DNA of 36,513 bases from a virus. Lineage: Duplodnaviria; Caudoviricetes. This document shows, piece by piece, positions 19,436 through 28,219 of this stretch (positions are counted from its first letter, which is position 1; each line of letters begins with the position of its first letter). Made by a program: the position numbers and the translations under genes. The stretch is taken from positions 1 to 36,513 of the IMG/VR virus record IMGVR_UViG_3300023174_000377; one strand, given 5' to 3'. A model generated the notes under the pieces. That model was given only the letters and a program-made list of their open reading frames with translations, did no database searches and was not told where the DNA came from.

Positions 19436-19639
19436 ATGGAAACGCTCCGCACCAGTCTTTCACCGTTAGACAGGTGTGACCGATGCGGGGCGCAAGCAAA
19501 AGTTCGAGCAAGTTTCTTGTCGGGCGATTTATATTTCTGCGTTCACCACGCGAGGCAGTTCGATGTTAAGCAAGTATCGTTTTCTGTTGAGGTGGAAAAC
19601 GAAGAAGTTGAGAATATGCTGGTCTTACACCGATTTTAA
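19436..19639 (+). CDS. Actinobacterial-type small Zn-finger protein
   Basis: L...DRCDRCGAQA......G.LYFC.HH motif. Confidence 0.7.
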   Translation: METLRTSLSPLDRCDRCGAQAKVRASFLSGDLYFCVHHARQFDVKQVSFSVEVENEEVENMLVLHRF

Positions 19640-20193
19640 TTAGGTTTAGGCAAAACTTTCTTTTTTTGTGTTTTATAGATAAATGGGGCAGATGTGTAGG
19701 CATCGTTATCGGCTGAAATCTGCAAAGCCTTTTCAATCGTAGCCCCTGCCGATAGCGCACCAATGGCGTAACTAGAGCCAGAACCGACACCATAGAAACC
19801 TTTATCATCAAGTGAAATGCTCATGTCCTCAGCGAGTTCAAATACCTCACCGCCTACAGCAATCAAGAAAGCAAATTTAGTCTCGCCATCATCGGATTCA
19901 TTCCATTTGTATTCTTGGTCTTTGAAACAAGCCTTCAGCGAAGGAACAACTTTAGAAATCATAAAATGGTAAACATCTAATAAATCTTTTACAGTTGGTT
20001 TAGGTGGAATCCAGATATGTTGAGCAATATCGCAAGGCGCACATTCGCCAGAACCAGCAATAAAAAAATCTCCGCGCTCGGTTATCTTTACCATTTTTGG
20101 ATGATTAGATATTCGACCATTGGATGCAGTAGTTTGTGAGTCAGCCCCAAAAACTACTTTTTCCTTATACTGGATAGCCACGATTGTTGTCAT
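19636..20193 (-). CDS. Proteasome beta-subunit/HslV-like Ntn hydrolase
   Basis: N-terminal MTTIV (Thr nucleophile), GADSQ.T, K, AGSG and GSGS.YA.GA motifs; leaderless. Confidence 0.8.
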   Translation of the reverse strand: MTTIVAIQYKEKVVFGADSQTTASNGRISNHPKMVKITERGDFFIAGSGECAPCDIAQHIWIPPKPTVKDLLDVYHFMISKVVPSLKACFKDQEYKWNESDDGETKFAFLIAVGGEVFELAEDMSISLDDKGFYGVGSGSSYAIGALSAGATIEKALQISADNDAYTSAPFIYKTQKKKVLPKPN

Positions 20194-20208
20194 GGCTCAA
20201 GCGTACCG

Positions 20209-21114
20209 TCAGCCCCTTGGAGCCACCAGCGCCAGGGATGCCTTGCCCCATAGATTAGGAGTCTGCTCGTCTGGCAGATAGCCTCCAGCGCCTCCAAAAA
20301 GGATAGGCGTGTCTGGGTAAGCCATTCGGATGCTACGCATAGCGAGTTCATAACCACCCACGGTATATTTCAATTCAGAAAGTGGGTCATCGGCTAGGGC
20401 ATCTGCACCGCAAGCAATAAAAATCATGTCTGGCTCAAAGTCAAAACAGACATCAAGAAATGTTTGAGTTGCATCCGTTAATCCTTCATCATCGGTGTTA
20501 GCCGCTAATGGAAAGTTAAGAGCATGGCGCTCCCAATCGGAGACAAGCCCCGTTCCTGGAAAAATTCCCCATTGGTGTACAGAAAATGACAAGATATTCG
20601 GATTAGATTTTGTGAGCGCTTCGGTTCCGTCACCATGGTGAGCATCGCAATCAAAGATAGCGACTTTCTTACCTAGTTGAGTTGCTTTTGTAGCGGCAAT
20701 AGCAAAATCATTGAAGATACAGAATCCGCTGGAGTAATCGCGCATAGCGTGATGCTTTGCACCCGCTAAGTGAATTGCTAACTTTGTCTTTTCTTCAAGC
20801 AGCAAATCAAGAGCGGTAAGAGTTCCGCCGACAAATAACTTTGCAAGGTCTCCTAAGTCATGGCGAACACCATCCCATTCATCGGATTTGCCACGAATGG
20901 TTACATCATGGACATACATTGGGTCATGGCATAGCAACAGGTCATCCGTGTGCGGAATCTCTGGAAAGAATTCATCAATGTTGAGATGACGGTCTTGCCC
21001 CTCCAGAATTACACGATTGCGACCAAGCAGAAACCTACGCCCCTGCGTTGGATGCGTAGGGTCAAAGACCCAGTTCGCATATTCAGGCGAATGAACAATA
21101 ATTGCATCTTCCAT
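20209..21114 (-). CDS. Zn-dependent histone-deacetylase-family protein (AcuC/AphA-like)
   Basis: HHA....SGFC.FND, D.DAHHGDG, SVHQ, FPGTG, N.PL, GADA..DDPL and GGY motifs. Confidence 0.92.
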   Translation of the reverse strand: MEDAIIVHSPEYANWVFDPTHPTQGRRFLLGRNRVILEGQDRHLNIDEFFPEIPHTDDLLLCHDPMYVHDVTIRGKSDEWDGVRHDLGDLAKLFVGGTLTALDLLLEEKTKLAIHLAGAKHHAMRDYSSGFCIFNDFAIAATKATQLGKKVAIFDCDAHHGDGTEALTKSNPNILSFSVHQWGIFPGTGLVSDWERHALNFPLAANTDDEGLTDATQTFLDVCFDFEPDMIFIACGADALADDPLSELKYTVGGYELAMRSIRMAYPDTPILFGGAGGYLPDEQTPNLWGKASLALVAPRG

Positions 21115-21144
21115 TTTTACCTCCCTCTATATTACTAACCCCCA

Positions 21145-21393
21145 TTATACTTTACTTTCTATTTTTTCACACTTTTTGCATACCTTTTCAGGAACAAAAT
21201 AATGACCAAATTGCCATTTATAATCATCATCGTTTTCCCATTTTGTATCTACATCCAAAGACAATGATTGCCCGCAAAGAGTTACATAAACAATATCTTT
21301 GAATTTTGGGTCTTTTATATGCCAATTGGTAGTACGCATATCACCTCGTTTTTGCAACCAACATTTATTAACGACTTCGTTATTTTGAGTCAT
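21145..21393 (-). CDS. Hypothetical protein with H..TLCG..CKKC metal motif
   Basis: ATG after GGGAGG RBS. Confidence 0.55.
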   Translation of the reverse strand: MTQNNEVVNKCWLQKRGDMRTTNWHIKDPKFKDIVYVTLCGQSLSLDVDTKWENDDDYKWQFGHYFVPEKVCKKCEKIESKV

Positions 21394-21892
21394 TTTTTGT
21401 TCCTCCCAACAGGGCTTTGTTTGCCCATTGCTTAGACATCTTTTGTGAAATCTCCTCATCGAGTTCTGCAATCTTCACAACGAGAGCATCACGATTTGAT
21501 TGTAGGCGCTCAATGTCATATCCGAGGTGTTGCGATTCTGTCGCAATCTGCTCTTTTACGAAATCTTTGTCCTTGAGTACCTCAACAACAATTTCAGCAA
21601 GAGCCTTTCGGAATGTCTCCAGAGCGCTCGCGCTCGCGTAATCTGACCAAGTTCCACTCTTTGAAAGCGCGTAATGCTCAATCTTTGGCACAGTTATAGC
21701 GCAGTTATTACTGGCTGTATACGGAACGCCATTGATAATTACGGCTCCTTGGTATCGGATGTAATCAGGTGTAGCCATTGCCCCAATAGTTAGAGTTCCC
21801 TTAATGCGTGGGTCGCTAAAATCTACTGTCACGCAGTAGCGGTCTCCATAGGATGACTTTTCTGTATCTGGTGTGAGTATAAGAATTTTCAC
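21380..21892 (-). CDS. Hypothetical protein with C-terminal coiled coil
   Basis: 170 aa; GTG after GAGAGAGG RBS. Confidence 0.7.
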   Translation of the reverse strand: MKILILTPDTEKSSYGDRYCVTVDFSDPRIKGTLTIGAMATPDYIRYQGAVIINGVPYTASNNCAITVPKIEHYALSKSGTWSDYASASALETFRKALAEIVVEVLKDKDFVKEQIATESQHLGYDIERLQSNRDALVVKIAELDEEISQKMSKQWANKALLGGTKNDSK

Positions 21893-22050
21893 TTTTTGTT
21901 CCTCTCTCTAAGAACTACTTTTGCGGCTTCCAGTCTTACTTCATCTTCAGCAGTATTAAGGGCTGGCAACATCTTTAGCGCCTTAACCATATTTTTTAAC
22001 GCCCATGTTGGCTGGTTGCCAACGATTTTCTTGGCTTCAATGATATTCAT
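21889..22050 (-). CDS. Hypothetical protein (53 aa)
   Basis: [21 protein letters not shown]...; coupled to neighbours on both sides. Confidence 0.6.
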   Translation of the reverse strand: MNIIEAKKIVGNQPTWALKNMVKALKMLPALNTAEDEVRLEAAKVVLRERNKK

Positions 22051-22217
22051 TAGGCAACCACCTTTTCTTCCTTTTTTGCATCACAGGTGACACAAAGAAA
22101 CGAATAAACACTTTGGTCGGGATAACGAGTAATTACTGCCCACAGCCCTTTGACCGTGGCGTGATAATCGCAGTCCGTACATTTGAATAAAAACTTTGGT
22201 GCTTGATATAACCCCAT
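22050..22217 (-). CDS. Zn-ribbon microprotein (55 aa)
   Basis: CTDC...CVTC; GAGAGAGG RBS. Confidence 0.6.
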   Translation of the reverse strand: MGLYQAPKFLFKCTDCDYHATVKGLWAVITRYPDQSVYSFLCVTCDAKKEEKVVA

Positions 22218-22244
22218 TTTGATTCCTCTCTCTAGTTTATTTAC

Positions 22245-22270
22245 AACCCCAGTTTAGCATAACTAGGGTT
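22245..22270 (-). promoter_or_regulatory. Early promoter flanked by inverted boxes
   Basis: Minus strand reads AACCCTAG-tta-TGc-TAAACT-GGGGTT. Confidence 0.6.
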
Positions 22271-22670
22271 AGTTATCTATCTTGTCAGGAATTAAAGCAA
22301 GACCTTGACGAATAATCTCAGCCTCATCTTTCTTCGAGACTCTGAAAACAGAATCTCCGTGATACTTGATTTCGACATCTTCAATCTTCTCAAATCCGAA
22401 ATCAGCGCAGATGTAAACCTGACCGTCAATCTCGATTTCGTCACCGACTGAGATAGATGTGTGAGTGCGAGTTGCAGATAACTTTGGCTGAATTGTCTCC
22501 CAAAGTGGACCTTGGTAAAGATTTGTCTGCTTGTAAATCTGCTCGCAAATATGCTGGTCGGTAACTGTCTTAGTTACAACTTCAGCAAGTTCGAATTCAA
22601 CAGAACTAATGAAGCGCCCGATTTCTGGCTTATCTCCAAAAGCCTTCCATGTGATTTTTACTTTAGACAT
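22269..22670 (-). CDS. YodL-like domain protein
   Basis: SISVGDEI.IDG..Y.C..FGF motif; GAGAGAGG RBS. Confidence 0.6.
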   Translation of the reverse strand: MSKVKITWKAFGDKPEIGRFISSVEFELAEVVTKTVTDQHICEQIYKQTNLYQGPLWETIQPKLSATRTHTSISVGDEIEIDGQVYICADFGFEKIEDVEIKYHGDSVFRVSKKDEAEIIRQGLALIPDKIDN

Positions 22671-22696
22671 TTGATTCCTCTCTCTCAATCATTTAC

Positions 22697-22711
22697 AACC
22701 CCAGTATAGCA
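22697..22711 (-). promoter_or_regulatory. Early promoter with box
   Basis: Minus strand reads TGc-TATACT-GGGGTT; near-direct repeat of the 22245 site. Confidence 0.6.
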
Positions 22712-22777
22712 TGAATTATTCCATTGATATACTAGGCTCACATATCGTGTCCTAGTGACCCCGAGTTAGGGGTTCAG

Positions 22778-24565
22778 ATGCGGTATCTACGCTTAGCCAT
22801 AGCCTTCTTCATCATCGTCATTCTAGCCCTTTTGCCCATAGACGATGCTGGAGCCAATACAGGCTCAGTTCAAGGCTCGGTCAATGAGAATGGGGTATTG
22901 AGCCTCATAGCGCCTCAAGGGTCAGTTTTTGATGCCGTGACCTTTGCTAGTTATGGAACCCCAATAGATTTTCAGGTTGGTTCTTGCCACGCTCAGAATT
23001 CTAAAAGCATTGTAGGAAATAGGGCTATTGGAAATTCATCTATTTCTATATCGGCATCAAATAATATTTTTGGAGACCCATGCTCGGGAGTTGGCAAAAG
23101 ACTTCAAATCATTTTGCATTACTCACCAGTAACACCTGCGCCTCCAACAATTTGCTCGCCCACAAATTTAACAATCGCCGAGAACAGCAATTCAGTCACC
23201 TTGAATTGGTCAGCGCCAACTGGATGTAATACCCAACCAGAAAGATACGCGATTTCTTTCACTTTACCTGATGGCAGCGGATACGGAATTGCTACAGGCA
23301 ATGTTGGAGATGCTCAAGCCTTAGTTACAACAAAGAACATCGGTCACGATTTATTTCTAAGCATTAAACCGTCTGGAGCCACTTGGACATTTTCAATTCG
23401 TTCGGACAATGACACTTTAAGAATGTATTCAGGTTGGTCTAATCAGGTAGCCGTTGCTATTGGCTCAGTTCCCGCGCCTTCGCCTTCGCCTTCTCCAACT
23501 GTAACTCCTTCTCCAAGTCCTGAATCTTCTTCAGCCAGTATGCCTTCTCCCGCTGTGATTTCTCCTTCTCTATCACCAAGTCCTGCGGCTCCAGAACCTC
23601 AACCTTCTCCTCAACCGACACCAGTTGTTTCCCCCAGTTCGGAACCGTCTCCCAGCCCGAGTGTTCCTGCACCTTCACCAACATCGGAATCAACTTCTGC
23701 AACGACTCCAAGCCCTGAACCTGTTGTAACTCCGACTCCTCAACCTCAGCCGACCCCGCAACCCGAGCAGTCCACACCTGAACCCATACCTTCGCCATCT
23801 ATTCCTCCAGCCATTGAACCAACACCAGTTGCGATTCCCGACCCGCCACCTGCTATTGGACCAGAGCCTACTCCATTGCCTGATGTCGCCCCGACTCCCG
23901 ATGAAATTCCCATTGTCGCGCCTGAGCCAGAACCAGAGCCGAACGAACCTCCACCAACTCCCGAGCCAGAGCCTCAGCCCGAGCCTCCAATCGAACCAGT
24001 AGAACCGCCTGATGTAGCGCCCGAGCCAGAACCAAAGCCAGCAGAGCCACCACCGCCAATAGAAGAACCATCTCCTGAACCACCATCAGAATCTCCCTCT
24101 GAATTATTGGGCAACATCTTAGCCGATGGCGATGTCACCGCTGATGAAGTTGCATCAATTGTGGATGCAGTTCAAGCGGATGGCAAATTGACTGAAGCCG
24201 AAAAAGAGATTGTGGCTGAAGCCCTTATTGCTCAATTTGATGGCGCTCCAGTTACAGCAGCGGCAATCGCTGAAGCGGGAATTGATTACGGAGACCTGCC
24301 TCCAGAGACTCCAGTTGAAACCCGCCTATCTGAAAGCGGGGAGCCAATTGTGATTACAGCCGAGGTCGCAGATGCCTTGCAATTAGTAGAAAACCCAGCC
24401 GAATTAGTAGGAGCAATTTTTACTGACCCAGGAAAAGCACTCATGGCGTTAGCAAATATCGGAGCAGATATGTCCGATACAGAAAGACAAGAATCACAAA
24501 CAGTAGTTGTTGCCTCGGTCATCGTGGGAGCAATCGCATCACTATCTACAAGGAGAATCAAATGA
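22778..24565 (+). CDS. Secreted or membrane Pro-rich protein with SUEL-type (galactose/rhamnose) lectin and FN3 domains
   Basis: Signal peptide; FASYGTP..GSCHA..ASN..FGDPC.G..KRL; P.NL....VTLNWSAP; ~210-aa Pro/Glu/Ser linker; C-terminal hydrophobic segment. Confidence 0.75.
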   Translation: MRYLRLAIAFFIIVILALLPIDDAGANTGSVQGSVNENGVLSLIAPQGSVFDAVTFASYGTPIDFQVGSCHAQNSKSIVGNRAIGNSSISISASNNIFGDPCSGVGKRLQIILHYSPVTPAPPTICSPTNLTIAENSNSVTLNWSAPTGCNTQPERYAISFTLPDGSGYGIATGNVGDAQALVTTKNIGHDLFLSIKPSGATWTFSIRSDNDTLRMYSGWSNQVAVAIGSVPAPSPSPSPTVTPSPSPESSSASMPSPAVISPSLSPSPAAPEPQPSPQPTPVVSPSSEPSPSPSVPAPSPTSESTSATTPSPEPVVTPTPQPQPTPQPEQSTPEPIPSPSIPPAIEPTPVAIPDPPPAIGPEPTPLPDVAPTPDEIPIVAPEPEPEPNEPPPTPEPEPQPEPPIEPVEPPDVAPEPEPKPAEPPPPIEEPSPEPPSESPSELLGNILADGDVTADEVASIVDAVQADGKLTEAEKEIVAEALIAQFDGAPVTAAAIAEAGIDYGDLPPETPVETRLSESGEPIVITAEVADALQLVENPAELVGAIFTDPGKALMALANIGADMSDTERQESQTVVVASVIVGAIASLSTRRIK

Positions 24566-24735
24566 AGAACTTCTTCAATGACCTAAATGGTCAGTTATTT
24601 ACCATGCTCGGATTTTTTATTGCATGGGCAACTATTGACGGGTCAGCAAAAACAGTAGTTGCTTACGCAACTCTTTGGTGTTTATTCACATGGATTATCA
24701 CTTACCCACTACGCAGAAATAAGGATGAAGAATGA
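24562..24735 (+). CDS. Small two-TM membrane protein (57 aa)
   Basis: MKNFFNDLNGQLFTMLGFFIAW...; ATGA overlaps; AGGAG RBS. Confidence 0.7.
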   Translation: MKNFFNDLNGQLFTMLGFFIAWATIDGSAKTVVAYATLWCLFTWIITYPLRRNKDEE

Positions 24736-24971
24736 AAAATGTAAACAATGTAGTAATGCGAATTCTTTCAGTATTCGCTGCATCTGGTCTATCCGTTATC
24801 GGTGCAGGTTCGCTCTTTGGTCTTGAACCATTGACCGCCGCACTCATGGCTGGCTTGCTTGGAGTTGCAACCGTGGTTGAATCTCTGGCTCGCTCATTTC
24901 TTGATGATGGAAAACTAACCACCACAGAAATCAACGAAGCCTTCAGCAAGGTTGATAAGAAGAAGGCTTAA
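24732..24971 (+). CDS. Small membrane protein with DDGKLT..EI tail
   Basis: 79 aa with two hydrophobic segments. Confidence 0.7.
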   Translation: MKNVNNVVMRILSVFAASGLSVIGAGSLFGLEPLTAALMAGLLGVATVVESLARSFLDDGKLTTTEINEAFSKVDKKKA

Positions 24972-25666
24972 ACCTTTTTTACTTCTCGAATAACTTTCTG
25001 AGCGCTGGCTCGGGTTTTGCTTTTCGCTTCTCCGAATTGACCCGAGTTGATGGCGCGAGTGAGTAATCTAATTAGATGCTCCTTCTCCTCAGAAAGTAAC
25101 GGTTTCACGGAGAGTTCCTTTTTGCGCTGTATCTCGGCTCGATTATTCTTGCGAATAAGCCTCGACTTTTGAAGTTGAGTTAAGCAAGATTTATCAATCG
25201 GAGGTATTGCTTTATTGTTGTACTTCACCCGATGAGTTTTGTATGACTCTCGAAGTTGCTTAGCAACATCCGCACCAAAGGCGTTCTTGACCAAGAACAG
25301 GAGGATGCCAGCAAACTCAGCACCGTGTTTAGTTTGATGAGGCGCTAGGCAATGAGCCAACTCATGCAAGATGATGGCTTCATTCCTAGCCCAAGTGCCA
25401 AGTGTGATTCGACGACCCCCAAAGGCTTTGCCACCGCCGCGACCTGATTCAATATAAATCTTGCGTTCGCCAAATCTCTGCCTAAACCAGTATTGGTCGC
25501 AGATGATATTTAGATAACTTTGGCAATCATGGATGGAACTTTGTTTTGTTAAATTGAAGGTAAGTTCAGGAAAGTTTTTGCTGCCTGTCTTTATGACGGT
25601 CTTTCCTGCATCGTACAGAAAACGCTCAGCCGCATAGTGGCGGCTTTTTTGGTTGTCTCTCTCCAA
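24968..25666 (-). CDS. HExxH metallopeptidase-like protein (Rv0185/TIGR04338-like)
   Basis: RD.Q....YAAE, WF..RFG, ILHELAH and HGAEF motifs; TTG start after AGGGAG. Confidence 0.75.
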   Translation of the reverse strand: MERDNQKSRHYAAERFLYDAGKTVIKTGSKNFPELTFNLTKQSSIHDCQSYLNIICDQYWFRQRFGERKIYIESGRGGGKAFGGRRITLGTWARNEAIILHELAHCLAPHQTKHGAEFAGILLFLVKNAFGADVAKQLRESYKTHRVKYNNKAIPPIDKSCLTQLQKSRLIRKNNRAEIQRKKELSVKPLLSEEKEHLIRLLTRAINSGQFGEAKSKTRASAQKVIREVKKV

Positions 25667-25680
25667 ATCAGTCTCCCTTG

Positions 25681-25806
25681 TTAAGCCGCTTGCGCGGCTG
25701 GTTGCTCTTTGTGTTCTCTCTTGAAGTGTCGCCAAAGGCTTTCAAAAGCCATTCCGCCACGGAGTTGCCATTCCTTGCCACATTCAGAACAGATGACAAT
25801 TTTCAT
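25681..25806 (-). CDS. C2H2-type Zn-finger microprotein (41 aa)
   Basis: CSECG...LWRHFKREH; GAGAGGGGG RBS. Confidence 0.65.
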   Translation of the reverse strand: MKIVICSECGKEWQLRGGMAFESLWRHFKREHKEQPAAQAA

Positions 25807-25827
25807 ATCTGCCCCCTCTCATCTTCC

Positions 25828-25846
25828 ATTATACACTACTGGGGTT
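25828..25846 (-). promoter_or_regulatory. Early promoter with box
   Basis: Minus strand reads AACCCCAGTAGTG-TATAAT. Confidence 0.6.
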
Positions 25847-25921
25847 AGAAAAGGAAATCGAGAGTCCAGGCTCGGGCTGAGATAAGCCCAGACACGCCGA
25901 GAATCGGGCAATGGAATCGAG

Positions 25922-25950
25922 TTGCATATCTAACCCCCATAGTGTAAACT
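25922..25950 (+). promoter_or_regulatory. Early promoter with box variant
   Basis: TTGCAT-N17 (containing AACCCCCATAGTG)-TAAACT. Confidence 0.65.
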
Positions 25951-25976
25951 GGAGTTGTTCAAGAGAGAGGACAAAG

Positions 25977-26822
25977 ATGGTTACAAAAGAGTTCGCAGTC
26001 AAGATAGATACAGAACTATCTGAGTTGCACTACAAGCGTTTCAATTTATTGTTTGATTTAGAAAGTGCAATTGATACAAAAGAGTTCTACGAAAAGCATT
26101 ACCCAACCCGCATTGAAGAAATTGCAAAGCAAGAGAGCAAGATTGAATCTGCAAGAAAAAAGATTTTTGAAGTAGGTTGCCAGATTCTTGACCTCAATGA
26201 GATTTATGACCGTGACCCATGGACACGCGCTTTCTTAGTAATCAACAGCAATGGTCATGTTCACAAATCCCAGGATTGCTCAACTTGCTTTGATACAACT
26301 CGTTTTCAATGGTTGGTTCAGTACAGCAATGACGATGAAAAGATAATTGTTGAGGATGCTGGTCAGGATGCTTGCACAGTTTGTTATCCATCTGCTCCAG
26401 CAGAAACTTTGAATCGCCCATCACGAATCGTGACAGCCGACAAGATTGCCAAGGCTCAAGCAAAGGCAGAGCGTGAAGCAAAGAAGGCAGAGCGCATTGC
26501 TAAGGAAAAGGCTAACGCTCCAACAGCATCAGGCGAATTCTTGATTTACAAAGAAGGAAAGTGGACAAGAGAAATCAAGACAGAGCGTTCAGCAATTACA
26601 GAGTGGTATAGCCAGTACGCAGATTCACAACGCGAAATCGTTACAGAATATTACGATGGCACACCACACACAGAGGAAAGCATCCAGCACCAAAAAGAGC
26701 GTAAGGCTTTTGCTGGAGAGATTGCTCAGTTGATTTGCTTCAACTTGGCTGAAAAGCATGGAATCGGTTATGAGGAGCAAGAAGCAATCCTCATCAAGAA
26801 GTACGGAAAGAGAGGGTACTAA
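25977..26822 (+). CDS. Conserved actinophage hypothetical protein with Cys/His metal motif
   Basis: GHVH....CSTC...ACTVCYPSAP; GAGAGAGG RBS. Confidence 0.75.
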   Translation: MVTKEFAVKIDTELSELHYKRFNLLFDLESAIDTKEFYEKHYPTRIEEIAKQESKIESARKKIFEVGCQILDLNEIYDRDPWTRAFLVINSNGHVHKSQDCSTCFDTTRFQWLVQYSNDDEKIIVEDAGQDACTVCYPSAPAETLNRPSRIVTADKIAKAQAKAEREAKKAERIAKEKANAPTASGEFLIYKEGKWTREIKTERSAITEWYSQYADSQREIVTEYYDGTPHTEESIQHQKERKAFAGEIAQLICFNLAEKHGIGYEEQEAILIKKYGKRGY

Positions 26823-26944
26823 TGGAAGAAAAGTGTTACCGATGCGGGAGCCTGTTGAGGCTCCTCCGCTCGCGCAATTTATTTATTTGCGTAACTTGCG
26901 AAACAGATGTGGCGCTAGTTGCATTTGGAATTGTTAGAGATTAA
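26822..26944 (+). CDS. Zn-ribbon microprotein (40 aa)
   Basis: CYRC...CVTC; TAATG coupling; GAGAGGG RBS. Confidence 0.55.
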   Translation: MEEKCYRCGSLLRLLRSRNLFICVTCETDVALVAFGIVRD

Positions 26945-26979
26945 AATATCAACCGCAGTTCAAATAGAGAGAGGGATAT

Positions 26980-27288
26980 ATGAAAATCGTAACAAGCAAA
27001 GTGCTTACCGATATAAATACACAAAGTAAGAACTATAAGTTCAACCGAACACTATCGAATGAATTTATTAACCATTTAGACCCATCGGGTTTGAATGTAA
27101 TCAGCATCATCATCTTCGGACACAATGAAGATTTTGCAGATGTTCACCATCACCGCTGCCAAATCTTTGCGAAGTTCGAGAATTCATCTGAGCCAGTAGA
27201 AGTCTTTTTAGATATTGCTTCAGATACCTATAACCGACTAACCACCCTTAACGATGTAGTCTGGAAGGATTCCGTCAATGTTGGCTAA
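26980..27288 (+). CDS. Hypothetical protein
   Basis: 102 aa; GAGAGAGGG RBS. Confidence 0.7.
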   Translation: MKIVTSKVLTDINTQSKNYKFNRTLSNEFINHLDPSGLNVISIIIFGHNEDFADVHHHRCQIFAKFENSSEPVEVFLDIASDTYNRLTTLNDVVWKDSVNVG

Positions 27289-27427
27289 GTACCTATCCAA
27301 GCAAGGTGGTCGCGTTACAGCGCGTGGCTACAAAGTCTCTGAATGGCTGGATGCTCTTGGAGTGTTTGCCCTTATCTTCCTCGCTTTTGGGGTTGTGGGG
27401 TCAATAGAGAGCGGGAAGTGGTTCTGA
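27278..27427 (+). CDS. Small membrane protein (49 aa)
   Basis: MLAKYLS...RVTARG...TM helix; GAAGGA RBS. Confidence 0.6.
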   Translation: MLAKYLSKQGGRVTARGYKVSEWLDALGVFALIFLAFGVVGSIESGKWF

Positions 27428-27591
27428 TGTTAATTCCATCATGGGCTAAGTTCAAAGAGCCCCTACGGGTCTCTGAAGCCTCTCTCGCCCGCATACGCGC
27501 CCGCGAGCGCGAGCGCCTACTATCCGAGGAAGCCGATAAGCGACACGCTCGCCGTAAGGCTCGTTTGGATTTGATTATTAAACCCCAGTAG
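27427..27591 (+). CDS. Small Arg-rich protein (54 aa)
   Basis: TGATG coupling to the upstream gene. Confidence 0.45.
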   Translation: MLIPSWAKFKEPLRVSEASLARIRARERERLLSEEADKRHARRKARLDLIIKPQ

Positions 27592-27599
27592 TGTATTCT
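27571..27599 (+). promoter_or_regulatory. Early promoter with box
   Basis: TTGATT-N17 (containing AACCCCAGTAGTG)-TATTCT. Confidence 0.65.
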
Positions 27600-27628
27600 T
27601 ATCTTGTAACCGAGAGAGAGGAATGGAA

Positions 27629-27799
27629 ATGGCTATTCAAGCAGTCGTGAAGATTGAAAACCAATGGAGCAGGGGCGAAATCAACAAAGTAGTAGTTGAG
27701 TTCGAAACAATTGGCGAAATCGAGCATTACTTGGCTTACAACAGGGCTTATATCCAAGAAATCAAGTTCTCAGGAAAAATCAAGAAGGAGGAAATCTAA
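27629..27799 (+). CDS. Hypothetical protein (56 aa)
   Basis: GAGAGAGG RBS; reads MAIQAVVKIEN...KKEEI. Confidence 0.65.
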   Translation: MAIQAVVKIENQWSRGEINKVVVEFETIGEIEHYLAYNRAYIQEIKFSGKIKKEEI

Positions 27800-28213
27800 A
27801 TGACAACAGCAGTTAAAACAAAAAGCGCTTACGACATTCTTGTCGAAGCATCAGAAGCGGCAGAAGCCGCAGTTCGCGCTTGCCGACCAACGCCGATTGT
27901 TGTCGGTTCTCCATCAACACCACTTGGCAATGATGTAGACCCAACACAGCAAACTTGGTTTGTTGAAGGTGGAGTTTGCGGATTCGCTTCAGTAGTAATT
28001 AAGCCAGCGCGAGGAAAATTCGTTGCTGAACTTAAGAAGCGCAAAATTGGTTATGTAGGTTATTACGGTGGTTACTCCGCTAGTTCATGGGAGTTCGCGC
28101 CAAGTATCCGTCAAGACCAGAGTTACGAAAGAGCATGTGCAGCAGCAGCGGGAGCAGCCAAAGTTCTCCAAAGTTACGGCATCAACGCTTATGTGGATGC
28201 ACGAATAGACTAA
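27800..28213 (+). CDS. Conserved phage hypothetical protein
   Basis: GVCGFA.V.IKPARG.F...QSYE...A.A.A.VL..YGI...RID pattern; AGGAGG RBS. Confidence 0.75.
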   Translation: MTTAVKTKSAYDILVEASEAAEAAVRACRPTPIVVGSPSTPLGNDVDPTQQTWFVEGGVCGFASVVIKPARGKFVAELKKRKIGYVGYYGGYSASSWEFAPSIRQDQSYERACAAAAGAAKVLQSYGINAYVDARID

Positions 28214-28219
28214 ATAAAG

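Noticed and set aside
23470-24100. Pro-rich low-complexity DNA and its alternative-frame ORFs
   Set aside because: These are by-products of the PEP/PSP linker codons, not separate genes or a nucleotide repeat array.
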